Positions 28,616 through 37,676 of a DNA stretch of 64,000 nucleotides are shown here, piece after piece (the stretch's first letter is position 1; each line of letters starts with the position of its first letter). A model generated the notes under the pieces. It had not been told where the DNA came from and did not search any database. It saw nothing but the letters and a program-made list of their open reading frames with translations. This DNA is from Nautiliaceae bacterium (GTDB lineage: Bacteria; Campylobacterota; Campylobacteria; Campylobacterales; Nautiliaceae): contig JBDONT010000041.1 of assembly GCA_039831155.1 (NCBI GenBank), positions 27,974 through 91,973 on the forward strand, in the 5' to 3' direction. The translations under genes and the position numbers were made by a program.

Positions 28616-29426
28616 AGATATTATTAGTAAAGATATAATAAAATCGGTCCTAAAAGAGCTTATAAATACTCTTTTAGGGCTTAAAGTTAATAATATAAAT
28701 TTGATAGATGAAGAGTTTGAGAGAGTAGAATCAAGAAGAGCCGATATAGTTGCAGTTGCAGATAATGATAAGATTATTCATATTGAGATTCAATCTGCTT
28801 ATGATAAGTTGATGCCTCTTCGTATGCTTAGATATTATAGCGATATAAAAATGAGATTTATAAATTATCCTATTTATCAATATGTTGTTTTTTTAGGTAA
28901 AGGAAATTTAAAAAATACTTTAGAAGATGTAAAACTTAATTACTCTTTTGAGCTTATTGATATGAAAAAAATAGATTGTGAAGTGTTTTTAGATAAAGAT
29001 AATCCTAATGATTTAGTGTTGGCGATTTTATGTGATTTTAAAGGAAAAAATCCGAAAAATGTGGTAGAATATATAATAAATAAACTCATTTCCATAACGG
29101 ATGAAAGAGGTTTTAAAAAGTATATGTTAATTTTGGAGGAGTTTAGTTCTTTAAGAGACCTTAGAGAAATTGTGAAGGAGAGGGAAATGTTTATTACTAA
29201 TAAAGTAAAATTTGAGGATTTACCAAGTTATGAAATAGGAATGGAAAAAGGATTTCAAGACGGGATGGAAAAAGGAATTGAAAAAGGAATTGAAAAAGGA
29301 ATTTTAGCTCTTTATAAGATAACCGGGGATATTTCTTTAATAAAAAAAGAATTAGGAATTGAAGAGAATAAAATTTTTGCAGTTTTGGAAAAAAACGGTA
29401 TAAAGGTAAAAAATGAAAAGCATTAA
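28608..29426 (+). CDS. Rpn/YhgA-like PD-(D/E)XK nuclease (recombination-promoting nuclease family)
   Basis: RRADIV...HIEIQ...[10 protein letters not shown]-terminal (G.EKG)n repeats. Confidence 0.88.
   Translation: MNKDIISKDIIKSVLKELINTLLGLKVNNINLIDEEFERVESRRADIVAVADNDKIIHIEIQSAYDKLMPLRMLRYYSDIKMRFINYPIYQYVVFLGKGNLKNTLEDVKLNYSFELIDMKKIDCEVFLDKDNPNDLVLAILCDFKGKNPKNVVEYIINKLISITDERGFKKYMLILEEFSSLRDLREIVKEREMFITNKVKFEDLPSYEIGMEKGFQDGMEKGIEKGIEKGILALYKITGDISLIKKELGIEENKIFAVLEKNGIKVKNEKH
29187..29426 (+). CDS. Predicted intragenic small protein (RpnS-like antitoxin, 79 aa), in frame within the rpn gene
   Basis: AAGGAG at 29175-29180, 6-nt spacer, in-frame ATG 29187 just before the EKG repeats. 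Confidence 0.6.
   Translation: MFITNKVKFEDLPSYEIGMEKGFQDGMEKGIEKGIEKGILALYKITGDISLIKKELGIEENKIFAVLEKNGIKVKNEKH
29268..29303 (+). repeat. 12-bp coding tandem repeat GAAAAAGGAATT x3
   Basis: Exact triple repeat encoding EKGI units. Confidence 0.9.
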
Positions 29427-29754
29427 AGTTCAAAGAAAAGAGTCCCTTTTAAAAGAGATAATTCCGGAAGTTTTATCTCAAATGGGGGATAGTAGAATCA
29501 GAGGGCTTGGTGTTGTTGATGTAGTTTGTTCTCGTGACGGAAGCGATGCAAAAGTTTATCTTGAAAAAAGTTATTTTAATGAAAAAGAGCAAAAAGAGTC
29601 TCTTAAAAAACTAAAACAAGCCCGTGGGTATATTCAATCTCAAGTTTTAAAAGCGACTGGGTGGTATAAAGTACCGAATTTAACTTTTACTTTTGATGAT
29701 TTACTAGAGCACGAAAACAAAATGGAAGAGTTGTTTGAAAAAATAAAAAAATGA
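29413..29754 (+). CDS. rbfA: Ribosome-binding factor A
   Basis: DAKVY...GW(Y)KVPNLTFTFD; infB operon position. Confidence 0.93.
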   Translation: MKSIKVQRKESLLKEIIPEVLSQMGDSRIRGLGVVDVVCSRDGSDAKVYLEKSYFNEKEQKESLKKLKQARGYIQSQVLKATGWYKVPNLTFTFDDLLEHENKMEELFEKIKK

Positions 29755-30554
29755 TGTTTGTTACAGACCTTGATAAGACTTTTTTAAGAAGTGATTTGAG
29801 TGTTAGTGAATTTAGCAAACAAGTTTGGAATGGTTTTAAATATCCTATTACAATTGCAACGGCTAGGAGTTATAAAGGAAGTGTAGGACTTTTAAAGGGG
29901 TTGGAACTTAAATATCCTTTGATTTTACTTGACGGGGCTATGATTGCAAAGCCAGATGGAGAGATTATAGAAATTAATGCTATTGAGAAGTTTCTTGGAG
30001 ATGAAATTATTTATGAAGTTTATAAAAATTTTAAAGATTATCCTTTAATTGTGGGATTTAATGAGATTGGAGATGAGAAGTTTTTGTATCCTAAGGATTT
30101 AAATCCTTATCAAAAGCATCTTTTGCAAAATTATAAAAACGATAGCAGGGTTTTAAATATTGAAAAATTGAAAGCTTTGAATTATAATCTTAAAATGGTG
30201 TATCTTGGGGAAAAAGAGTTTCTGGAAAAAGTGGAAAATTTTATAAAAGATAAGTTTTATGTGGAAACGAAACTCATCGAAGATGCGTACGGACCTTATT
30301 ATTTTTTAACTATCTTGGATAAAGAAGCAGACAAAGCAAGCGGGCTTAAACATCTTGAAGAAATTGTGGGAATCGATAAGGAAAAAGTTGTGGTATTTGG
30401 GGATAATTTAAATGATATTGGAATGTTTGAGTGGGCGGGAAAGAGCATAGCCGTAAAAAACGCTCTTGATGAAGTTAAAAAAAAAGCTGATATCGTATTG
30501 CCTCATACGAATGATGAGGATGCAGTAGCAAGATACTTGAGTAAAGTTGTGTAA
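29751..30554 (+). CDS. Cof-type HAD-IIB hydrolase
   Basis: DLDKT, ATAR, K, FGDNLND motifs. Confidence 0.92.
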   Translation: MMFVTDLDKTFLRSDLSVSEFSKQVWNGFKYPITIATARSYKGSVGLLKGLELKYPLILLDGAMIAKPDGEIIEINAIEKFLGDEIIYEVYKNFKDYPLIVGFNEIGDEKFLYPKDLNPYQKHLLQNYKNDSRVLNIEKLKALNYNLKMVYLGEKEFLEKVENFIKDKFYVETKLIEDAYGPYYFLTILDKEADKASGLKHLEEIVGIDKEKVVVFGDNLNDIGMFEWAGKSIAVKNALDEVKKKADIVLPHTNDEDAVARYLSKVV

Positions 30555-30584
30555 ATTTGATATAATTAATAAAAAAGGGATTAA

Positions 30585-31025
30585 ATGGGAAATTTAAAAG
30601 ATGTAATTAAAAATATAGTAGAAGATAACGGGTGTGAGCTTTATGATATCGATATCGCTCAAGAAGGCGACCATAAATATTATAGAGTTTATATTACAAA
30701 GCCGGGGGGAGTTAATTTAAACGACTGTGCTAAAATCAATAACCTTTTATCTCCTATTTTCGATATAGAAGACCCGGTGGAGGGGAAATATTTCTTAGAA
30801 GTATCAAGTCCCGGACTTGAGAGAAAGCTTACAAAACCGGAGCATTTTGAAAAGAGTATCGGAGAAAATGTAAAAGCGACTCTTAACGACGGTACTAAAA
30901 TCAAAGGTCAGCTTAAAAGTTTTGCTGATAATGTAGCAGAAATAGGAAAAGAAAAAGTAAACTTTAACGATATTAAAAAAGCCAAAACTTATATAGAATG
31001 GAATAAATATAAGTTTGATGAATAA
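30585..31025 (+). CDS. rimP: Ribosome maturation factor RimP
   Basis: DC...S...D...YFLEVSSPGLER. Confidence 0.95.
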   Translation: MGNLKDVIKNIVEDNGCELYDIDIAQEGDHKYYRVYITKPGGVNLNDCAKINNLLSPIFDIEDPVEGKYFLEVSSPGLERKLTKPEHFEKSIGENVKATLNDGTKIKGQLKSFADNVAEIGKEKVNFNDIKKAKTYIEWNKYKFDE

Positions 31026-31980
31026 TTTTTTGCTCGAAGCTTCACTTAACGAAGCCTGGAAATATCAGTTTTTAACCTATCCGAATCCGGCTGTGGGGGC
31101 GGCGATAATTGTAAAAAACACTCTCTTCGTATCAGCTCACAAAAAAGCCGGTTTTCCTCACGCCGAAGTAAATGTTTTGTGGGAGGCTTACAAAGCTTTT
31201 CATTATACTCCGAATCTTAAAAGCTCACAAGAAATCCATCAATTTTTAATCAAAAACCACAACGGCTTTTTTAAAGAAGCTAATATCTTCGTAACCTTAG
31301 AGCCTTGTTCTCATATTGGAAAAACCCCCTCTTGTGCTAATCTTTTAAGTGTTTTAAAGCCAAAGAGTGTAGCTATCGGCTATCTTGACCCGATTATTGA
31401 GCATAGCGGTGGGGTAGAAATTCTCAAAAATGCAGGGATTGATGTAAAAGTTTTAAATGATAAGAGATGTTATGATTTGATTGAACCTTTTATTAAGTGG
31501 CAAAAGAGGTTTGTATTTTTTAAACTTGCCCAGAGTTTAAACGGATCAATTACGGGAGGGTATATAAGTAGCGAAACTTCACTTAACTGGGTGCACAAAA
31601 TAAGAGATAAGATAGATTTACTTGTAATTGGTGGAAATACCGTAAGAATTGACAGACCTACTCTTGATAGCAGACGTGTAAAAGGGAAATCTCCGGATGT
31701 TTTGATTTATAGCAAAGAAAAAAAGTTTGATAAAACAATCCCTCTTTTTAATGTTGAAAGAAAAGTTTTTATTGAGGATACTCTTGATAAAATTAATGAT
31801 TATAAGTTTATAATGATTGAGGGGGGAGAGAGGCTTTATAATGAGCTAAAAGATATGGTAGATTGGAAAGTTTTTATTGTATCTCCTAAAATGTATGATA
31901 GAATAAATTATAAAAGTGAAGATAAATTTGAAATTTTACATACTCTTAAAAATGATGATTTGATTGTATTCGGGAGGTAA
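31015..31980 (+). CDS. ribD: Riboflavin biosynthesis deaminase/reductase
   Basis: PNPAVG, HAE, TLEPCSH.GKTPSC, GGNTVR.D.P, IEGG. Confidence 0.95.
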   Translation: MMNNFLLEASLNEAWKYQFLTYPNPAVGAAIIVKNTLFVSAHKKAGFPHAEVNVLWEAYKAFHYTPNLKSSQEIHQFLIKNHNGFFKEANIFVTLEPCSHIGKTPSCANLLSVLKPKSVAIGYLDPIIEHSGGVEILKNAGIDVKVLNDKRCYDLIEPFIKWQKRFVFFKLAQSLNGSITGGYISSETSLNWVHKIRDKIDLLVIGGNTVRIDRPTLDSRRVKGKSPDVLIYSKEKKFDKTIPLFNVERKVFIEDTLDKINDYKFIMIEGGERLYNELKDMVDWKVFIVSPKMYDRINYKSEDKFEILHTLKNDDLIVFGR

Positions 31981-31981
31981 T

Positions 31982-32995
31982 GTGTTTAAAATACATCAGA
32001 GAAGGTATCTTGGTAATAAAGCGAAAGTATTGGATTTAATTGAAGATGTAATTAGAAAAAATATAGGGGAGTTTCATTCTTTTTGTGACATTTTTGCAGG
32101 GACGGGAAGTGTCGGGGCATATTTCAATGATGAAAATAAAAAGATTATATTAAATGATTTTTTATATCACAATTATGTAACTATAAATGCTTTTTTAAGC
32201 AGTGAAAATTTTGATGAAAAAAAAATAAAAGATTTAATAAATGAGTTAAATCAATTAGAATCAAAAGAAGAAAATTATTTTTCTATAAATTTCGGAGGTA
32301 GGTATTTTTGTAAAAAAAATGCAATTAAAATAGGTGCGATTAGAGAAAAGATAAAAGAGTGGTTTGTAAGTGGGGCAATAAATAGAAAAGAAAAAAATAT
32401 TTTATTAACCTCACTTATTTACTCTATAGATAAAATTGCAAATACGGTAGGGCATTATGATGCGTATATAAAAAAAGAAATAAAAGAAAAAGATTTGATT
32501 TTAAAAGTGCTTGAAATTGATAATGAAAAAAATAAAAAGAATGAAATCTATAATATGGACGCAAATGTTTTAATTAGAGAAATTGAATGTGATGTTTTAT
32601 ATATAGACCCTCCGTATAATAGCAGACAATATTCGAACATGTATCATGTTTTGGAGAATTTAGCCCTTTGGCAAAAACCGGAAGTAAAGGGAGTGGCAAA
32701 GAAATTTGATACGAGTCATTTAAAAAGTGGATATAATCAAAAAAATGCGATAAATTTTTTTGAGGATTTAATTTTAAATGCAAAAGCTCAATATATTTTA
32801 CTTAGTTATAATAATATGGGTAATAAAGGACATAGCAGAAGCAATGCAAGAATTAGTGATGAAGATATTTTAAAAGTTTTAAGACAAAGAGGTAAAGTAG
32901 AAATTTTTGAAAAAGAGTATAAAGAATTTACAACAGGCAAAAGTAAAAGAGGAGAAAATAAAGAGAGAGTGTTTTTTGTGGAGATTGTGAAGTGA
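31982..32995 (+). CDS. DNA N6-adenine methyltransferase, D12/alpha class
   Basis: RYLGNK, DIFAGTG before DPPY, LSY; probable GTG 31982 (ORF open from 31964). Confidence 0.9.
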   Translation: MFKIHQRRYLGNKAKVLDLIEDVIRKNIGEFHSFCDIFAGTGSVGAYFNDENKKIILNDFLYHNYVTINAFLSSENFDEKKIKDLINELNQLESKEENYFSINFGGRYFCKKNAIKIGAIREKIKEWFVSGAINRKEKNILLTSLIYSIDKIANTVGHYDAYIKKEIKEKDLILKVLEIDNEKNKKNEIYNMDANVLIREIECDVLYIDPPYNSRQYSNMYHVLENLALWQKPEVKGVAKKFDTSHLKSGYNQKNAINFFEDLILNAKAQYILLSYNNMGNKGHSRSNARISDEDILKVLRQRGKVEIFEKEYKEFTTGKSKRGENKERVFFVEIVK

Positions 32996-33597
32996 ATAAA
33001 AATATATGTAACATAGTAGAAAATTTAAATTTTATATTAAATCCCAAAAATATATATATAGAATTTAAAAATTCTAATATTAAGTGTAAAAGTTCTTTGA
33101 AGGATTATGATATACGAGTAGTTTATAACAATAATTTAAGAATATTTGAACCTTATAATTTTTATTTGGATTTGAAAAATTTTAGTTTACTATATTGTAA
33201 AAAAGAAAATTTGAAAGTTTTTTGTATATTTGTAAATCAGTACACATTAAGAGATTTTAATGAATTTATTATAAGCAACCAAAATGAATATATAGAAAAT
33301 TTGAAAGATACAATAGGAAAATATATAAAATTAGAAAAATATATTATTAAAAAATGTAAATATATTGGTAATTTATATTGTTATAATAGTAAATTAAATA
33401 GAAATTTAATAAGTTTAAATAATTTTTTGAAAAAAAATAAAAAGAATTATATTTTTATAGTGAATAACGAATATGTTATTTTTGAAAAATATAAAAATGC
33501 TAATTTATATTTATATGATTTACATTTTAATAGTAGCTTGTCTTTTTCAGAAATAAACTTTTTTTATGATTTTATTCAAAAAGGTAAAAAATTATGA
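32992..33597 (+). CDS. Extremely AT-rich hypothetical protein inside the R-M operon
   Basis: 201-codon ORF with 4-nt overlaps to both neighbours; no recognisable motif. Confidence 0.65.
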   Translation: MNKNICNIVENLNFILNPKNIYIEFKNSNIKCKSSLKDYDIRVVYNNNLRIFEPYNFYLDLKNFSLLYCKKENLKVFCIFVNQYTLRDFNEFIISNQNEYIENLKDTIGKYIKLEKYIIKKCKYIGNLYCYNSKLNRNLISLNNFLKKNKKNYIFIVNNEYVIFEKYKNANLYLYDLHFNSSLSFSEINFFYDFIQKGKKL

Positions 33598-35309
33598 AAC
33601 TATGGTCAATTTCAACAACCTTAAGAAACCCGTATAGATTCAAAGATTTTTTAAAAGTTTTAGCAGAATTAGAAGGAAAAGAGTGGAATAAAAATACTCA
33701 AATGGAATTTCAGATAAGATTAATTCAAAACAGATTATACGGACTTACAAATCAGTTTTTAAAAGATTTGCCAAAAGAATTAGAAGAAAAGTTTTTAGAC
33801 TTTAATAAGCCTTTGAGTTTTAAAACGGCAAAAAAGATATTTGAAATTAAAAATTATACCGACCCTTCAATGAGAGGGAGAACTTCATTTAAACCGTTGG
33901 AAAAATTTGGGGCAGTATCAGTTATTAACGGTAAAGTTACAATTACGAAACTGGGAAAATGGATTTTAAGTGAAGAGTTTGATATAAATAAATTTTTTTT
34001 AAAATCTCTTTTAAAATGGCAATATGCAAATCCTTTAGATAGAGATTTTAGGGATTTTGATATTAAACCTTTTGTAGCTACATTGGAATTAATTGATAAA
34101 GTTAATAAATTTTGTATTGAAAATGGTAAAAAAGCAAAGGGAATATCATTTTGGGAATTTGAGATTTTTGTATTAAGTTTAAGTCATTATAAAAATATAG
34201 ATTTGCATGTAATGGAATTAATTGCTTTTAGGGAAGAATTGGAAAAGCAAAAGGATTTTAGAAAAAAAGAAAGGTTTTATAAAGAATTTAAAAATGAATA
34301 TTTAAAAGATTTTTCAAATAAAAAGCATTTAAGGGACTATGCTGGTAATGTAATAAGATATTTTAGATTGACAAATTTATTATATTTAAGAGGAGGTGGC
34401 TTTTATATTGATATAGATTATAGAAAAAAAGAAGTTGTTGAATTTATAATAAATAACATTAAATCATCAAAAGAAGAGTTTGATAACAAATTTAAATATA
34501 TAGATTATTTGTCTGATATTAATGTTCCAAATTTCAATTTTGAAGAAAAAGAATTTATTATAAGGGATATTTTAGAAATTACAAATAAATATTCTTTACA
34601 TGATTTAGAAAAAAAAGATATGTCGGAATTAAAACAAATTTTACAAGAAATAAGATTACAAAAGCAAAAACAAATTTTTCAACAAATTAAACAAATTGAA
34701 AAAACAATTGAAAACTTAAAAAATTATAGAAATCATCCTATTTTAAAGCCAAGTATTGCTCTTGAAAAATTTATAACCGAAGCTTTATTAATAATAAACG
34801 ATGCGTTAAAAATAAAGCCTAATTATATTTCAGGTGACGATGGTGAAATTATTTTTACTGCTCCAGCAGAGACTCCGGATATTGAATGTTTTTATCAGTC
34901 TTTTAATTCAATTTGTGAAGTTACTAATTTAACAAGTAGAGACCAATGGTATAATGAGGGACAACCTGTAATGAGGCATTTAAGAGATTTTGAAAATAAA
35001 TATTCAAATTCTTATGCTCTTTTTGTTGCTCCTAAATTGCATAAAGACACAATTAATACTTTTTGGTTTGCCGTAAAATATGAATATGAAGGTAAAAAAC
35101 AAAAAATTGTTCCTTTAACAGTTTCTCAAATAATTGAAATTTTAGAGGTAATAAAAGTTTTAAAAGAAAACGGAAAAAGATTAACTCATTTACAATTTAA
35201 AGAAATGCTGGATGAAATTGTGAATGTAAATAATTATTCTAATTCACAAGAATGGGTAAATACAATTCCTAAAATCATTGAAAAATATAAGGAAAAATTA
35301 TGCAGTTAA
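33594..35309 (+). CDS. AlwI-family type IIS restriction endonuclease
   Basis: N-terminal STTLRNP.R; C-terminal PDIE...EVT...EGQPV.RH PD-(D/E)XK-type domain; flanked by two MTases. Confidence 0.85.
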   Translation: MKLWSISTTLRNPYRFKDFLKVLAELEGKEWNKNTQMEFQIRLIQNRLYGLTNQFLKDLPKELEEKFLDFNKPLSFKTAKKIFEIKNYTDPSMRGRTSFKPLEKFGAVSVINGKVTITKLGKWILSEEFDINKFFLKSLLKWQYANPLDRDFRDFDIKPFVATLELIDKVNKFCIENGKKAKGISFWEFEIFVLSLSHYKNIDLHVMELIAFREELEKQKDFRKKERFYKEFKNEYLKDFSNKKHLRDYAGNVIRYFRLTNLLYLRGGGFYIDIDYRKKEVVEFIINNIKSSKEEFDNKFKYIDYLSDINVPNFNFEEKEFIIRDILEITNKYSLHDLEKKDMSELKQILQEIRLQKQKQIFQQIKQIEKTIENLKNYRNHPILKPSIALEKFITEALLIINDALKIKPNYISGDDGEIIFTAPAETPDIECFYQSFNSICEVTNLTSRDQWYNEGQPVMRHLRDFENKYSNSYALFVAPKLHKDTINTFWFAVKYEYEGKKQKIVPLTVSQIIEILEVIKVLKENGKRLTHLQFKEMLDEIVNVNNYSNSQEWVNTIPKIIEKYKEKLCS

Positions 35310-36124
35310 ATATAGTGTATAACGATGATTGCTTAAATGTTTTAAATGATAATACAAAAATTGAAGATGAGTCGGTGCAACTTATTTTTGCTGACCCACC
35401 ATATAATTTAAGTGGAAACGGATTAAAACTTTTAGGTAATAAAACGGGTGGTGATTATTTTATGATTAATGAAGATTGGGATAAAATGGAAGAGAGGGAG
35501 TATTTTGATTTTACAAATGAATGGATAAGGGCTTCAAAAAGAATATTAAAACCAAACGGTAGTATATTTATATGTTGTAGTTATCATAATATCGGGGAAT
35601 GTATGCTTGGGCTTAAAAACAATGGGTTTGAAGTAAAAAATATAATTACATGGCAAAAAACTAATGCAATGCCAAATTTAACAAGAAGAGTTTTGACTCA
35701 TTCGACGGAATTTATAATTTGGGTGGTAAACGGAAAAAATTGGATATTTAATTATGAAGTTTTAAAGAAACTAAATCCGGAAAAAACAAAAGATGGTAAA
35801 AGTAAGCAGATGAGAGATGTTTGGCAAATTTCTCTTTGTCAAGGAAAAGAGAGATTAAAAGATGAAAACGGAAAAGCTTTGCATCCGACTCAAAAACCGG
35901 AAGAACTGTTAAAAAGGATAATTTTAGGATTTTCAAATGAAGAAGATATAGTGTTAGACCCATTTGCCGGAAGTGGAACGACATTAGTTGTAGCTAAACG
36001 TTTTAATAGAAAATTTATTGGAATTGAAAAAGAAGAAAAGTATTATAAAGCTATTTTAAAAAGATTAAATAATAATTCTTTGGGACTTTTTGAAAAAGTT
36101 TTGGATGAAGTGGTGGATATTTAG
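35300..36124 (+). CDS. DNA amino-methyltransferase, beta class (N4/N6 family)
   Basis: DPPY precedes HPTQKP and DPFAGSG. Confidence 0.92.
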   Translation: MQLNIVYNDDCLNVLNDNTKIEDESVQLIFADPPYNLSGNGLKLLGNKTGGDYFMINEDWDKMEEREYFDFTNEWIRASKRILKPNGSIFICCSYHNIGECMLGLKNNGFEVKNIITWQKTNAMPNLTRRVLTHSTEFIIWVVNGKNWIFNYEVLKKLNPEKTKDGKSKQMRDVWQISLCQGKERLKDENGKALHPTQKPEELLKRIILGFSNEEDIVLDPFAGSGTTLVVAKRFNRKFIGIEKEEKYYKAILKRLNNNSLGLFEKVLDEVVDI

Positions 36125-36148
36125 TTGGAATGTTGCTAGGAGAGATAA

Positions 36149-36871
36149 ATGGACATTAAAATATATGACAAACTCGCAAGAAAATACGACCTTGCCACAA
36201 AGATTGTTAGTTTTGGGATAGAAGAGCTTTGGAGGTGGATGTTTAAAAGAGAAATAAAAAATCATATAAAAAACGGAGTGCTTTTAGATGTGGCAAGTGC
36301 GACGGGAGAGATGGCTAGGGCTATGGATTTTGATAAAATGTATTTACTTGAACCAAGCAGTGAAATGGTAAAAGTAATAATTCAAAAATTTCAGAGTTTA
36401 GGATTTGTAAAGCAAGATTTTGAGGTGGTTTTTGAGGAGATGCTTTATATTAGGCTTAAAAAAGAGAATAAAGAGATTATAATTATTCAAGATATGGCAG
36501 AAAATTTTAAAATAAATGAAAAAGTTGATTTGATAACGGCTTTTATGGCACTTAGAAATTTTGAAGATTTAGAAAGTGGAATGGAAAATTTAAAAAGATA
36601 CGTAAAACCCGGAGGATATTTTGCTATTGTGGAGATGGTAAAGAGTGATTCTTTTTTAACTAAAATAATTTTATGGTATATGAATAAGGTAGTCCCTATT
36701 ATTGCCGGAATGGTTGTCGGGATGAAAGAGGAATATAAATTGCTAGGGAAAAGTATAGATTCATTAAAAGAAGAAGAGATATTGGAGTGTTTAAAGGGGT
36801 TTAAAATTGTTAAAAAACAAAAACTTATATTTCCTATCGCCACTTTAATAATAGCGAAAAGAGATGAGTGA
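36149..36871 (+). CDS. UbiE/MenG-like SAM-dependent methyltransferase
   Basis: YD...YD....SFG...WR, LDVASATG, LRN, KPGG. Confidence 0.8.
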   Translation: MDIKIYDKLARKYDLATKIVSFGIEELWRWMFKREIKNHIKNGVLLDVASATGEMARAMDFDKMYLLEPSSEMVKVIIQKFQSLGFVKQDFEVVFEEMLYIRLKKENKEIIIIQDMAENFKINEKVDLITAFMALRNFEDLESGMENLKRYVKPGGYFAIVEMVKSDSFLTKIILWYMNKVVPIIAGMVVGMKEEYKLLGKSIDSLKEEEILECLKGFKIVKKQKLIFPIATLIIAKRDE

Positions 36872-37676
36872 TAAAGTATTTGAGATTACTATTAATGAAA
36901 ATATCGAAGTTGTTATCGATTCAAGATTTAAGATTAAAGGTTTTATAGAGTTTATAAGACTTTCTTTTAATAGGCTTGAAATTAAAGATAATGAATACAA
37001 AGTATATTTTGATAAAAACAATATAAAAAAACATAAACTTTTAATTCACGCTATAGCGAATATGTATAAAAAACAGAAAAAAGATGAAGCGACTATAAAG
37101 AAACTCTTTTTAAACTACAAAAAAGATTTGATTATTAAGATTAAAAAATACAATCTTTCATTTGATGAAAAGGCCATTTATATTACCATTAGAAAGCTAT
37201 CAAGTAAAGAATTTGAGATACTTTTTGCAAATCCTAAAGCACCTGTTTTTAATTATATTAAGGGGCTTTTTTTGTTTGATTTGATAGATATTTCCCCTGA
37301 TAGAATGGTTGTCGTTTTTAATGAAGAGTCAAAAAGAATCGTTACGGCTTTAGCGTCTAAAAATAGCGTAATGGGGTATAAGGTTATTTTTAATATAGAT
37401 GAGAGGGATTTTGAGTATTCTAAATCTTTTAGTGTTGAAGGGTCTTTAAAAGAGTATTTAAATAAAATAAGAAACGCTCTTGAGCTTTTTGGAGTTTCTA
37501 GTATTTATGAGTTTGATAAGATAAAAAAAGAATATAGACGTCTTGCTAAAAAATATCATCCCGATTTACACAGACAAAAACCCGAACTAATTCAAAAAAT
37601 TTATGCTAAAAAATTTGCAAGGATAAAAGAGTCTTATGAGCTTTTAGAGGAGTATTATAATCAAAAGGTAAAATAA
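36864..37676 (+). CDS. Protein with a C-terminal DnaJ J-domain
   Basis: IKKEYRRLAKKYHPD...F..IKESYELL. Confidence 0.85.
   Translation: MSDKVFEITINENIEVVIDSRFKIKGFIEFIRLSFNRLEIKDNEYKVYFDKNNIKKHKLLIHAIANMYKKQKKDEATIKKLFLNYKKDLIIKIKKYNLSFDEKAIYITIRKLSSKEFEILFANPKAPVFNYIKGLFLFDLIDISPDRMVVVFNEESKRIVTALASKNSVMGYKVIFNIDERDFEYSKSFSVEGSLKEYLNKIRNALELFGVSSIYEFDKIKKEYRRLAKKYHPDLHRQKPELIQKIYAKKFARIKESYELLEEYYNQKVK

Noticed and set aside
29268-29303. Tandem repeat as a possible CRISPR array
   Set aside because: 12-bp in-frame coding repeat with no spacers; no CRISPR array or cas gene seen in the window
28608-29426. Rpn gene as an IS element or transposase
   Set aside because: No terminal inverted repeats or target duplication, and no room for them; the family is not shown to transpose
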